64,000 bases of DNA from Bugula neritina. Lineage: Eukaryota > Animalia > Bryozoa. Within the stretch, counting starts at the first letter, position 1. Every line of letters begins with the position of its first letter. Below the pieces are notes generated by a model that made no database searches, was not told where the DNA came from, and was given only the letters and a program-made list of their open reading frames with translations. Shown piece by piece: positions 28,501-42,600 of the stretch. The stretch covers positions 806,001 through 870,000 of the forward strand of contig OZ037768.1 in the NCBI GenBank assembly GCA_964035545.1. Reading direction: 5' to 3'. A program made the translations under genes and the position numbers.

Positions 28501-29804
28501 TGTGCTAACCAATGCCTTGTTTAGACTAATTTATAGAATGTGTTTCTACAGAGTATACAACTTTATGTTGATTCGAATCAAGAAATCTTAATGAATGATG
28601 CAACAGACTTTCTGCTCTCTTCCATAGATTATGATTATTCATCTCCATCGTATTATCAAGCAAACTATCTAATACTAACACATCTAGTCTGAACAGATGG
28701 GTTGTCTCTTGCTCCATGTCTTGTCGGTACACAATATGTCGTTGGCGCCAGTGCTCTCTCACTGCCAGCCCTAATGTCGCTGTGCGCCTTAGTTTTGCTC
28801 CCTCCGTCGAATATTTCCACTTTGCTTGTTTAGCAATTAACTTGATTATGTGCAATTCTATGAATTTAAAACCTTAAATTGCAGGATTACAGATGCATTC
28901 AGATTGTTGTTTGTATATAAAGACCCATCTGCTGTAGCTACAGTCATTAGGGAATGTGTGAGTAAAGTTGACAAGATGCCAGGCTTGTGTTGAAGCAATT
29001 TAGCTTTAGTAACTGTCCTCATTGTACTTCATTGTACCCTGAAAAATTTCTACTGAATTCTAGCTGAACTAATTTGTGTGTAGTTTATTAGCTGTACTTG
29101 TTGGTCTAAGAATCTCATCACTATATACTAGGATGAAGAAAGAAATGTATCAGACTTTACATACATTAACTCATCTTAACATAGCTGATAAACATGAACT
29201 GCAATAGTTGAAATAATTATTGAATTTCCATTTAATTTGGAGTTGCTATGAATTTGGAAGGTTGTGAAATATTCATTCTCTAGGGAAATCTTAGCATTGA
29301 AATACATTTCAATTATTGATTTATGCTCTCAAGTTTTGTGACAATCTCTAAAAAAAAGACGCTGCCTGAAAACTATATGACTAGTATGAATCTTTCAATA
29401 TTTACTGAAATAACTCTATCTTTGTAAGGAGTAGATTAACCCTGCAGTTTGAGGTCAAGGTTAGAATAGTGATCTGAGTCAATCACCATTAAGGTATAAA
29501 TATTTGTGTCTCTGTGTTTTCTAACAAAAGATCTGTTGACAACTGATATAAATGTTTGTACGAAATGAAAGACAGCTGATTAGCTATTCTTTCTGTAGAG
29601 AAGGTCAAGGTCATACTGGCAGGTGTTGATCTTATCCTAGTTGTGTTTGTTCAGTGAAGAATTAATTATCTATTATAATATTTGTGATCACCCTTGAGGA
29701 TATGTTCAAATCAGGTGTTGACTATCATAATTAAAGGGACTGCGGTGTATAGTAAGAGAAACTATAACTTCTGAAATTGCAACATCATATGTCAGTAATA
29801 TTGT

Positions 29805-29970
29805 AGTCATGGTGCCAGTAATAGTGTCACCATGGTGTCAGTAATAGTGTCACCATGATGTCAGTATGGTGTCACCATGATGTCAGTAATAGTGTCACCA
29901 TGGTGACAGTAATAATGTCATCATGGTGTCAGTAATAGTGTCACCAATGTGTCAGTATGGTATCAGCATG
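29805..29970. repeat. 23-nt minisatellite (atggtgtcagtaatagtgtcacc, ~7x) upstream of the ARNT start exon
   Basis: Direct reading. Confidence 0.88.
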
Positions 29971-30061
29971 TTTTCAATCTTTGTAAAATAACATGTTGAG
30001 CATCTTTCTACAATTTCCTAACTTGTGTATTTGGATTGCAGATAAACTCTGAACATACAGC

Positions 30062-30876
30062 ATGAGTAGAAAGAGAACTCATTCTGTTAGCCCGTGAGTA
30101 TCACTTCTTAGCCTGTGTATCTCTCCTTTTGTTGACATGTGGCAGACGGTGTTGGGTTACCAGCCCCACCGTCTATTGTTTACCATCCACCTGTCCTATG
30201 ACTTGTTTGTTAAGTGTGACCAGCTGAATGGGAACTGAGTACCACATAAACCTTCCCACAACAAGTTCTATGCATTTCACTCCACTGTTTGCATTACACA
30301 CAATACAAATTAATTAACCCACTACACATATATTACAGTTTATAGTTAGTTATATCATATCCCACTACACATATATTACAGTTTACAGTTAGTTGTCATT
30401 ACTCAGTGTTGATGTGTTGAATTTATGGCAGTATTCAGCCAAAATGTTGTATTGTATTTCTGTTATCTGCCAGGCTAATGGATTTGCATGTAGAAGTAGC
30501 CAAGTATTTGGACATAGTCATTCCTTGGCAGCTAGTTTATTATGCAATGACTCTGGTCTGCTATTTTGTTTATGATGAGAAATCATATTGTAGATGATGA
30601 ATATAAAATTGCTAAATTGTAATAATATATAACTGTATATTACATTATACATATATTATAATATACATAATTATATTATACATATGTTATAATATAATAT
30701 ATTATATCACGCATATATTATATTATATTATAATATATTATATTATATTGTAGATCTGAGGAAGATCAAGATTTCAACCAGGAAATAACAGACAAAGAAA
30801 AATATGCAAGGTACTTGTCTACACGTACCTTTCTACTTACCTTTCTACTATACTACTACTACCAGTACTACTACTG

Positions 30877-30908
<32 letters not shown>

Positions 30909-33900
30909 GCTACTGCTACTACTACTACTACTAGTAGTAGTAGTAGTAGTAGTAGTACTAGTAGTAGTACTACTAATGTTGCAGCTGTAATAACATTATC
31001 TTATGACAGATGACAATTACCTATGCTATGTTCATCATCAATCTTGTTACATAATTTATGTATAATTGAACCGGAGTATATTGTTGAGAGAAAGAGCTAC
31101 CCCAGTGCTCTAACTGTCCAGTACACCAACTTTACCTACTTGTAACCTACTGTACAGTACTGTCAAACTGTAGCTATATATTCACTTGTTTTCACATCTT
31201 CCACTATAAATGCGCTTCACATTAGCTCACTCTGTTCTCTTCTACTCACTGTGTTCTTTTCTACTCACTCTGTTCTCTTCTACTCACTAAGCACTCTTCT
31301 ACTCACTCTGTACTCTTCTACTCACTCTGTACTCTTTTACTCACTCTGTTCTCTTCTACTCACTGTGTTCTCTTCTACTCACTCTGTTCTCTTCTACTCA
31401 CTGTGTACTCGTCTACTCACTCTGTTCTCTTCTACTCACTCTGTTCTCTTCTACTCACTCTGTTCTCTTCTACTCACTCTATTCTCTTCTACTCACTCTG
31501 TACTCTTCTACTCACTCTGTTCTCTTCTACTCACTGTGTACTCTTCTACTCACTGTGTACTCTTCTACTCACTCTATTCTCTTCTACTCACTCTATTCTC
31601 TTCTACTCACTCTGTACTCTTCTACTCACTGTGTTCTCTTCTACTCACTCTGTTCTCTTCTACTCACTGTGTACTCTTCTACTCACTCTGTTCTCTTCTA
31701 CTCACTCTGTTCTCTTCTACTCACTGTGTACTCTTCTACTCACTCTGTTCTCTTCTACTCACTCTGTTCTCTTCTACTCACTCTGTTCTCTTCTACTCAC
31801 TCTGTACTCTTCTACTCACTCTGTTCTCTTCTACTCACTCTGTTCTCTTCTACTCACTCTGTACTCTTCTACTCACTGTGTACTCTTCTACTCACTCTAT
31901 TCTCTTCTACTCACTCTGTACTCTTCTACTCACTCTGTACTCTTCTACTCACTCTGTTATCTTCTACTCACTCTGTTCTCTTCTACTCACTCTGTTCTCT
32001 TCTACTCACTGTGTACTCTTCTACTCACTGTGTACTCTTCTACTCACTCTGTTCTCTTCTACTCACTGTGTTCTCTTCTACTCACTCTGTACTCTTCTAC
32101 TCACTTTGTTCTCTTCTACTCACTGTGTACACACACACTACTGTTGATAGGGAAAGTCACTGTGAGATTGAGAGGAGAAGAAGATGCAAAATGGCATCGT
32201 ACGTGAACGAACTCTCGGAAATGGTGCCAACGTGCAATACATTGGCTAAAAAACCAGACAAGCTGACCATACTCCGTCTGGCTGCTGCCCATATGAAAGG
32301 GTTACAGGGTACATTGTTCACTTTGACTCTAACTACTGAATAGTATTGACTAACTACTGAGTAGTATTGACTGTAACTACTGAGTAGTATTGACTTTAAC
32401 TACTGAGTAGTATTGACTAACTACTGAGTAGTGTTGACTCTAACTAATGAGTAGTATTGACTCTAACTACTGAGTAGTATTGACTGGTTACTGGGTACAC
32501 TGTTCACTTCTGTCTACTGTGTATGTTGGTGTCAGAAAGGTGCTGTCTAATAGGAATGTGTTATCGCTGCCATTCACCTAGATTATTTCATCAGCGAATA
32601 ATGGTAGTGACGTATCTACTTGCTGTTGGGACTCCTGTAAGGGGACACAACTTCCTTATATCTTTTCTACTGTCGAGGTGTTTACTGTCTGCATTGTCTA
32701 ACTGGTAGACTTTACAGATTAAGCAATCAATTCCTGTGGTCAATTCCTGCTAGGCTTATCTCTACTAATACCCCTTATCCGTCTGCTTCTTCTAGGAACA
32801 GGAAACACCGGAGCAGACGGCTCATACAAACCCTCCTTCCTCACTGATCACGAGTTGAAGCACCTGATACTGGAGGCTGCCGATGGCTTCCTGTTTGTAG
32901 CTCAGTGCGATACGGGGCAAATCCTGCACGTGTCCGACTCAGTCACACCTGTCTTGAATATGCCTCAGGTACACCCTACCCTGTCTCTACCTTTATGAGT
33001 TATATATCTCACCATATCTCACTATATCTCATCTTATCTCACTATGTCTCACTATGTCTCAGCATATCTCACTATATCTCACTATATCTTGTCATATCTC
33101 ACTATATCTCACTATGTCTCAGCATATCTCACTATATCTCATTACATCTCACTATATCTCATCTTATCTCACTATATCTCGTCATATCTTACTATATCTC
33201 GTCATATCTCACTATGTTTCAGCATATCTCACTATGTTTCAGCATATCTCACTATGTCTCAGCATATCTCACTATGTCTCACTATGTCTCATCTTATCTC
33301 ACTATATCTCAGCATATCTCACCATATCTCACTATGTCTCATTATATCTCACCATATCTCATCTTATCTCACTATATCTCAGCATATCTCACTATCTCTC
33401 GTCATATCTCACTATATCTCGCAATATCTCATCATATCTCACCATTCTTCAATCCTATTTAGTATACTTGCTTATCTGTCACATAAATAAGTAGTTTGTC
33501 AAGTTGTGCTCTGATTTACAGGCGGAGTGGTTTTCACACACTATCTATGATGTCATACACCCGGATGACGTGCAGAAGGTCACAGAGCATCTCTCCCTAT
33601 CAGAGCCTGTCAACACCGGCCGTATTCTTGACCTGAAGAGTATGTATATAGTATATAGTGTGTATAGTATCTGTGTATATAGTATATGTGTATATAGTAA
33701 TGTGTATATAGTAATGTGTATATAGTATATGTGTATATAGTATATGTATATAGTATATGTGTATATAGTATATGTATATAGAATATGTGTATATAGTAAT
33801 GTGTATATAGTATATGTGTATATAGTATATGTATATAGAATATGTGTATATAGTAATGTGTATATAGTATATGTGTATATAGTATATGTGTATATAGTAA

Positions 33901-36900
33901 TGTGTATATAGTATATGTGTATATAGTACTGTGTGTATATAGTATATGTGTATATAGTATATGTGTGTATAGTATATGTGTATATAGTACTGTGTGTATA
34001 TAGTATATGTGTATATAGTATATGTGTATATGTGTATATAGTATATGTGTATATAGTATGTGTGTATATAGTATATGTGTATATAGTATATGTGTATATA
34101 GTATATGGATATATAGTATATGTGTATATAGTATATGTGTATATAGTATATATGTATATAGTATGTGTGTATATAGTATGTGTGTATATAGTATATGTGT
34201 ATATAGTATATGTGTATATAGTATATGTGTATATAGTATATGTGTATATAGTATATATTTTTCAGGTGGGACTATAAAGAAAGAAGGACATAGCAGTGAG
34301 TACCATATGGATATATACAGAGAGGGGACAAATCTATGAATTGACATTGCTGTATACTGACTGTATACTGACTATATACTGACTACATACTGACTACATA
34401 CTGACTGTATACTGACTGTATACTGACTATACGCTGACTATATACTGACTGTATACTGACTGTCTACTGACTATATACTGACTACATACTGACTGTATAC
34501 TGACTACATACTGACTATATGCTGACTGTATACTGACTATACGCTGACTATACGCTGACTATATACTGACTGTATACTGACTATATACTGACTATATACT
34601 GACTACATACTGACTACATACTGACTATATACTGACTATATACTGACTACATACTGACTACATACTGACTACATACTGACTATATACTAACTATATACTG
34701 ACTGTATACTGACTGTATACTGACTATACACTGACTACATACTGACTGTATACTGACTGTATACTGACTATATACTAACTATATACTGACTGTATACTGA
34801 CTGTATACTGACTATACACTGACTACATACTGACTGTATACTGACTGTATACTGACTATACGCTGACTATACGCTGACTATATACTGACTGTATACTGAC
34901 TATATACTGACTATATACTGACTACATACTGACTACATACTGACTATATACTGACTATATACTGACTACATACTGACTACATACTGACTACATACTGACT
35001 ATATACTAACTATATACTGACTGTATACTGACTATACACTGACTACATACTGACTGTATACTGACTGTATACTGACTATATACTAACTATATACTGACTG
35101 TATACTGACTGTATACTGACTATACACTGACTACATACTGACTGTATACTGACTGTATACTGACTATACGCTGACTATATGCTGACTGTATACTGTCATA
35201 TTACCACAGACTCTGTGAGACTGAACATGGGGTCGAGAAGAGGATTCATCTGTAGAATGCGACTGGGAAACGCTCAGTCGGACTCCATGATTGCCAGTCA
35301 CACCGTGAGACTCCGACACGACAACACCCTCGGCCCCTCTGAAGATGGTCACAAGTACGCTATAGTTCACGTCACCGGCTACATCAAGAACTGGCCTGTG
35401 GGTGAGTGTGACACGTGTGACAGCGTGACTTATCTATCTAGGCACTTGTGGCTGTTTCAATTGAACATCTCAGCTCAAAAAATAGTTTCTAGAATGAACA
35501 TATCTCCTAGTAATGAATGAGTTGCGAGTAGTTGATATGCCAGTAAGAAGCTGCTATTGACAGCGGGGCTCGAACCCTTACGGGGATAAGTTGTGTATCT
35601 GCATCCTCCTATGGGTACTGTAGCCTCCTAGCCAGGGAAGGCCGTGGTCCTAGCTAGGGAGGGCCGTAGTCCTATCCAGGGAGGACCATAGTCCTAGAAG
35701 TAGTCTGTACTTGTTTCAGACTGTGTAATAGCCTTGGAACTAGCTTTACATGTGATTAGGGGTGGGTGCTAATCACTCTCACATTGCACTGAATTCTAAT
35801 GCGTTTCTCTACACACAGGGGAACACAACACCCTCCTCCCTAGTCACACCAACAGCACGGAAACCGAGAACTCCGCCAACTCTGTTGCTTGTCTAGTAGC
35901 TATTGGTCGTCTACAAGTTACATCATTTCCTAATTGCTCGGATCTCAACAACCAATCTCCGCCCACAGAGTTCATATCCCGACACTCGGTTGACGGGAAG
36001 TACACATTCGTGGACCAGAGGTGAGGCCACACAGTACCACATCTACTATCTAACTAGACTGATATCACATTCTCAAGCTCTTCTAATTCTAAACAAGCTT
36101 TGAGAGATATTGGCTCATGTTATGTAGTTAATAACTCTACTTATATTGGTTATTGGTTATTAGTTGCTAGTAGCGTATCCATTTATTCTCTCTCTCATGC
36201 TGTACATGGCATCCATCTGCTTCTTTCACAGAGCGGCGAAGGTGATTGGCTACAAGCCGCCAGAGCTGCTCGGAAAGTCTGTATTCGACTTCTTTCACCC
36301 GGAAGACCAGGCTCATATGAGGGACAGCTTCGAGCAAGGTAGGCAAGTTGGCTCACAGTGACATTATAAATCTTTTGTTTTACTTTTTAAGTTGATTTCT
36401 ACTTTTATATGTAATTTGTTCACTGTTCAGTATTACACTGTTAATAAATTCACAGATTGAATATACTAGCATTTCAAATACAATACAAGCTAAGCAAGTT
36501 CAACCTGAGATTATTTATCTACCTTGGAGTTGCTATCTCTGTGTATACACATAGTCAAGGAAAAGTAACTCCCAGTGTGTACTTGTTACAGTCACCAAGT
36601 TGAAGGGACAGCCCCTGTCCACAGTGTACAGGTTCCGTGGTAAGACGGCCGACTGGGTGTGGCTTAAGATCAACAGTTATACATTCCACAACCCGTACTC
36701 AGACGAGGTGGAGTACATCGTGTGCACCAGCAGTCTCGCCAAGTAAGTATCAAGTCATCGTCAAGTACACAATGCGTCAAGTACCCAATGCGTCAAGTAC
36801 ACAATGCGTCAAGTACACAATGCGTCAAGCACACAATGCGTCAAGTACTTTGCTTAGTGGCGCCTATGTGTGACTGAAGTATTTCAAGACATAGAAATGG

Positions 36901-38205
36901 TGACCCATAGTTTCTATAGCAACCAGACCAACTAACGGCTTTATTGATGTGGTTGCTATGGATACGTGTACCCCAGTTACAACCTTTCTGTGTTATGTTT
37001 CCCTGATAGCCATGGTTCTGTTATTAGATCAACTGGGGGACAAGCGGGTATGGGCGTCATGCCGCCCTCACATGGGATGGATAATGTCCAAGACAGGGCA
37101 CAAAGTTTCAACATGCATGACAGTTACATAACACCTGGTCAGGCATCATCCAGTCAAGGTAACCTCCACCTCTTTATTAGTTCGCTCATTGTTTAGGGTT
37201 ATACTGTACTATAACAATATTTGGGGATATACTGTACTATAACAATATTTGAGAAAATACTGTACTAGGACAATATTTGGGGATATACTGTACTATAACA
37301 ATATTTTGGGATATACTATACCCTCAATACACTGGTGTTTGTAGCCCCACGAAACATGTTCCCCTACTCCACTAACAGCAGCTCAAATGCTGCCACAGCT
37401 GTCTCTTCGCTGCCGCCGTACTGTCCTGGCAGCGATGACTTGCAGTCGGGCTGGCAGATGGGTACCGTGACCAACTCGTCTTACCCACAGCATCTACCAC
37501 AGGTGTGTAAATATACCTGTGCAATATACTCTACTATACTGTGTAATATACTCTACTATACTGTGTAATATATTCTACTATACTTTGTATTATACTCTAC
37601 TATACTGTGTAATATACTCTACTATACTCTGTAATATATTCTACTATACTCTGTAATATACTCTACTATACTCTGTAATATACTCTACTACACTGTGTAA
37701 TATACTCTACTATACTGTGTAATATATTCTACTATACTTTGTATTATACTCTACTATACTGTGTAATATACTCTAATATACTCTGTAATATACTCTACTA
37801 CACTGTGTAATATACTCTACTATACTCTGTAATATATTCTAATATACTCTGTAATATACTCTACTATACTCTGTAATATACTCTACTATACTCTGTAATA
37901 TATTCTACTATACTGTGTAATATATTCTACTATACTCTGTAATATACTTTACTATACTCTGTAATATACAGCCGAGCGAACATCTCTCTGGATACAGTGG
38001 TGGAGCTACGCCGGCCCCCCAGCACGTGCCGAGGTACCCCTCTACTCTACACCCTCAGCAGGCACACAGTCAGCAGTCCTGGCCGCAGCAGCTCTCTACG
38101 TGGCCGGCAGCGACAGCAGAACAAAGTCACTCTAGTCATATGCCTTCTCAGCAGCAGTTCACTGGCCTTAATGCAGCCAGTATGTACAGTAACTATGGAC
38201 AGTAG
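30062..38205 (+). CDS. ARNT: Aryl hydrocarbon receptor nuclear translocator / tango (bHLH-PAS)
   Basis: Exons 30062-30093, 30754-30810, 32151-32308, 32796-32968, 33522-33639, 34266-34295, 35210-35401, 35819-36020, 36232-36338, 36592-36742, 37010-37158, 37345-37502, 37972-38205. Motifs: [116 protein letters not shown]. The start exon is less certain. Confidence 0.95.
30852..30974. repeat. (ACT)n microsatellite switching to its complement (AGT)n
   Basis: Direct reading, inversion point at ~30932. Confidence 0.9.
31226..32130. repeat. 19-nt minisatellite (ctcactctgttctcttcta, ~47x) ending ~20 nt before the ARNT bHLH exon acceptor
   Basis: Direct reading. Source of ORFs 31251, 31403 and 31555. 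Confidence 0.96.
32323..32485. repeat. ~21-24-nt minisatellite (tgactctaactactgagtagtat, ~7x) after the ARNT donor at 32309
   Basis: Direct reading. Confidence 0.9.
33003..33445. repeat. 10-nt-based array (atatctcact / atatctcagc variants)
   Basis: Direct reading. Confidence 0.93.
33640..34257. repeat. 15-nt array (agtatatgtgtatat) filling ARNT intron 33640-34265 from donor to acceptor
   Basis: Direct reading. Confidence 0.95.
34350..35195. repeat. 10-nt array (tatactgact variants, ~84x) ending ~14 nt before an ARNT acceptor
   Basis: Direct reading. Confidence 0.95.
36758..36849. repeat. 16-nt repeat (cgtcaagtacacaatg, ~5.5x) just after the ARNT donor at 36743
   Basis: Direct reading. Confidence 0.88.
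37200..37320. repeat. 27-28-nt repeat (atactgtactataacaatatttgggg.., ~4x)
   Basis: Direct reading. Confidence 0.85.
37518..37971. repeat. 22-nt array (tgtaatatactctactatactc, ~20x) filling the last ARNT intron and ending in the acceptor gtaatatacag
   Basis: Direct reading. Confidence 0.94.
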
Positions 38206-38577
38206 CCTGAGTACAGCTACTAGTATGTACAGTAACTATGGACAATAGTCTGAGTACAGCTACTAGTATGTACAGTAACTATGGACAATAGCCTGATTAC
38301 AGCTACTAGTATGTACAGTAACTATGGACAATAGTCTGAGTACAGCTATTAGTATGTACAGTAACTATGGACAATAGCCTGAGTACAGCTACTAGTATAT
38401 ACAGTAACTATAGACAATAGTCTGAGTACAGCTACTAGTATGTACAGTAACTATAGACAATAGTCTGAGTACAGCTACTAGTATGTACAGTAACTATAGA
38501 CTGTAGCCTGAGTACAGCTACTAGTATGTACAGTAACTATAGACTGTAGCCTGAGTACAGCTACTAGTATGTACAGT
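38179..38577 (+). repeat. 43-nt minisatellite containing the last 8 codons and stop codon of ARNT (~9x)
   Basis: Unit agtatgtacagtaactatggaca[g/a]TAG[c/t]ctgagtacagctact. The first copy encodes SMYSNYGQ*. Confidence 0.94.
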
Positions 38578-39634
38578 AGGCTGGTGATTTTGTGTGTTGA
38601 GGGTAAAGAGTATACATCTGGTGAAAAGATGCCTGCAGTTGTGTTAATTTGTAGATTTGGTGTAAATAAGAAAAGATAACTCTGATAGCTACTTTTAGTT
38701 CTTGTAAAGTTCGTGCTGTTAGCATTGTTTATCTGTATTTTCATATTTCTATATATATTATTATTGATGTTTATTTAATATATACACTGATATATACACT
38801 ATAGAATATATATAAATGTTGTAAAAAACTGATACCAATACTGAGTGTATAAGTCAGCACCTTGTAGTGAGGTTCTAAGTTCTGTCAGCGATAGCCATTA
38901 GTTTGTAAGGTCAGCATTTATCAATATGATTTGATACACCAGGTCTCTTAAAAGTTATTGTAACTTATAGCTCATTGGATAGAAACTAGACTGATATAAG
39001 TCCATCATGCTGATTGGTCATTCATTGACAATGCGACTCATTTTGGAAGACGAATCAAAAGACTGAGGCAACAGATGTTTATGAATATATTTCATCCTTG
39101 ATGGCAAAATATCCAATTTATAAGGAATTGTGTACATAATATTAATTGTCTTCCAGCGTTGTGGGAATACTGAGAAAATGCTCTTATAAGAATGTTTTAC
39201 TGAAAAATCATACAATATTTGTATGTTGAAGTATAAGTATATCATTATGTGCTGGGAAGATTCACACGATATTAAAACTCACCATTTCATTGGTTAAAGT
39301 AGAAAATAATGTAGTGAGATATTATTAATTTAAATGTATATATACTCTTTTTATAAGTTCCTGGCAGAAATGTATGCAGTTGGGAGAGGTAAAAAAGGCA
39401 ATTCCATATTTGAATGACACTACTAACAATCAAACATACCTGAATGGAATATCACAAGTAATAAATGTATGCACAGCACATGTGTAAACACACAAATATA
39501 TATTATATCGCAAAAAAAATGAAAAATCACATACTAGATTAAGATGATATAAAAAATTTTAAAGAATCCTCAGTACAGCTGTTTTGATTGGTCCTTCTGG
39601 CTGTAGCTGTCCAATGTGAGTAATGGACACTTTA

Positions 39635-42600
39635 TCACACTGAAAATAAAACATTAGTTATACTTATGTATATGATAAATATATCTGTTGTCTTGTAACT
39701 TATCTTCTACTGACAAAGCCTCATATTCTACTAGCATAGCCTCATATTCTACTAACATAGCCTCATATTCTACTAACATAGCTTCATATTCTACTAAGAT
39801 AGCCTCATATTCTACTAGCATAGCCTCATATTCTACTAGCATAGCCTCGTATTCTACTAGCATAGCCTCGTATTCTACTAACATAGCCTCATATTCTACT
39901 AGCATAGCCTCATATTCTACTAACATAGCCTCATATTCTACTAGCATAGCCTCGTATCTTACTAGCATAGCTTGGTATCTTACTTGTGCCGTAGTGAATT
40001 ATCTTTTCTTCAAAAATAGCAAGAAGCAGCATGATTGAAAAGCCCAGAATCATTCCAATGTTCTTCAGTAAGAAGTGAATCGACCATTTTCCATTTCGAT
40101 TTGGACCAAGCAGAGCCGGCATCTAAAGGATAGACAACTCTCATTCGGGTATCTTTTTTTAGGAGCAACATGCATGCAGTAACAAACAAAATTGTATTCC
40201 TAATGAATAAGCCACAAAGATGGTAAAGCAAAAACCTGTGTTATGTAAACAATTCTAAATAAGGGATATGATAAACTATATCATGCAACTGTTACAAGTT
40301 TGCCTGAACTAATTTTTCCAAACATTCATCGTGGCCACTAGCATGGTTATTATAAAAGTTGCAGTGTTACACTAAACATATCTAGTATCAATGACCCTGT
40401 TCATTTCTACTCTTTTCTCATAATTTACGTCTTTTTGATAGGGAAATAACTCTAAATACCTTTGCAAGAAAAGCATTAGATGAAAATATTTACACTTGGC
40501 TTTTGCTTCGCCCAGTATGTTAAAGCTTCAACAAAACAAGAAGATAGAATTTCTGAACCTTGTCAGAATAATACAGAACTAAACCTTCAGCTCTATGGTT
40601 TATCAACAAATACAAGAGTAGCAGACTGAAAGTGGTATACCATGTTGTAGCAGACTGAAAGTGGTATACCATGTTGTAGCAGACTGAAAGTGGTATACCA
40701 TGTTGTAGCAAACTGAAAGTGGTATACCATGTTGTAGCAGACTGAAAGTGGTATACCATGTTGTAGCAGACTGAAAGGGTATACCATGTTGTAGCAGACT
40801 GAAAGAGTATACCATGTTGTAGCAGACTGAAAGTGGTATATCATGTTGTAACAGACTGAAAGTGGTATACCATGTTGTAGCAGACTGAAAGTGGTATACC
40901 ATGTTGTAGCAGACTGAAAGTGGTATACCATGTTGTAGCAGACTGAAAGGGTATACCATGTTGTAGCAGACTGAAAGTGGTATACCATGTTGTAGCAGAC
41001 TGAAAGTGGTATACCATGTTGTAGCAGACTGAAAGTGGTATACCATGTTGTAGCAGACTGAAAGTGGTATACCATGTTGTAGCAGACTGAAAGGGTATAC
41101 CATGTTGTAGCAGACTGAAAGTGGTATACCATGTTGTAGCAGACTGAAAGTGGTATATCATGTTGTAGCAGACTGAAAGTGGTATACCATGTTGTAGCAG
41201 ACTGAAAGTGGTATACCATGTTGTAGCAGACTGAAAGTGGTATACCATGTTAACGAGTCCGATGTAGATAAACATCCCGGAGGTCAAGGCCAGGAACCAT
41301 CTTCTTGCGTCTGTGTTGCTGCCGATAGCTGCCCCCATAAACAGGCCAATCAGACAGGTAGAGGCAGCGATGAGGTTTAGAATGATGGCCCTCATCTTAG
41401 ACACTCCTGATTGAAGGTAGATGGAGAAGTCACCTTCAAGAAAGAGCATGGCAGTCAAATAACTGTTTCTAGACTAAAGTTAGTCTTAATTCATAGAATA
41501 CATGACCTAATTCATGAAGTAACTGACCTAGTTCATGAGGTAACTGACCTAATTCATGAGGTAACTCATGCACAAATATAGCAATAGAAGTGCCAAGACC
41601 AGCTTGTAGACTCTGTGAGAAAGCAACTCCCATAGCAACACCATCCAGAAGGTTGTGTATAACGTCTCCCACCAAAATCATGATAGTCAGAGCTGTAATA
41701 CCATGACACGTTTTCCTTGTTGTTGAGTCATCATCACTGATCTGCAAGAGAACACAGGCTATGTTTATTCACTGTTTTATAGCCTCAGAACAAACTAAGA
41801 TGCTTGCAAATTTTCTAGTAAATTATTCGAGATGCAGCTTTTATGATGGGAGAAATACAACTATATACTATAAACAATAATTTAGAAACTTGAGTTCACT
41901 TACTTCTGAAACTGTTTCTTTCTCTTGTGTGTTCTCACCTTTCTCTTCACTGTTGCCCTTTGTACCATCAAGGTCAAATGAATGTGAGTGCGCTTGCACA
42001 TGTACAGTAGCCTGTGAAACACAATAAATTAATAGGAATATTTACACCACAACTAAATGACAAGAAAGCCAAGTCTAGATTAAATTTATATTCTTGAGTG
42101 TAAGGTCAAGGTCACAACTTGGAAGCAAAAAACAAGTATGTAATCAGCTGTTATAACCTCCACAACACAACTACAGAAAATTCTATTACTATTATCTATT
42201 GGCAAGTTACGTAACTAAAAAAAGCCTAAATGAAATAGAAAGAATGTTTAGGGTTCCTCAAAACAAAAAAGCTCTCGAAAGCTTAAAAGTAAAGCTTTCT
42301 CAAAATGCATTAGATTCTGCTATTCAATGCTATAAATAATTTGCCGTTAGAATCACTGTTGAATAGATTATGTGTCCCACAATATCTCTCCGCTATCTGT
42401 GAACTTACTTGAGAGGGTCGTAGTCTTGACATCAGAGCTTCAAACACGAAGAAGGCGTACAAAGCTACAAATAATATAAGAGCCATGCAGTCAGCAGGGC
42501 ATATTATCTACAGTATGTACAGTATCTAGAGTATGTACAGTGTGTAGAGTATCTATAACAATATCTAAAGGGTTTATGGCACTTGAAATGTGAAGCACTA

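Noticed and set aside
28526-28855. 109-aa minus-strand ORF upstream of ARNT
   Set aside because: No recognisable domain and no supporting exon structure.
31251-32343. Long ORFs open in all three frames (similar cases at 8090-8623, 18115-18651, 24267-24870, 33610-34347, 40593-41458, 44352-44801, 58441-59214)
   Set aside because: They are translations of intronic minisatellites lying between GT/AG sites of recognisable genes.
35545-35595. tRNA- or SINE-like B box (ggttcgagcccc on the minus strand)
   Set aside because: No A box or cloverleaf could be built, so at most a decayed fragment.
40617-41252. 29-35 nt arrays as CRISPR arrays
   Set aside because: No unique spacers, no cas genes, and a spliceosomal eukaryotic context.
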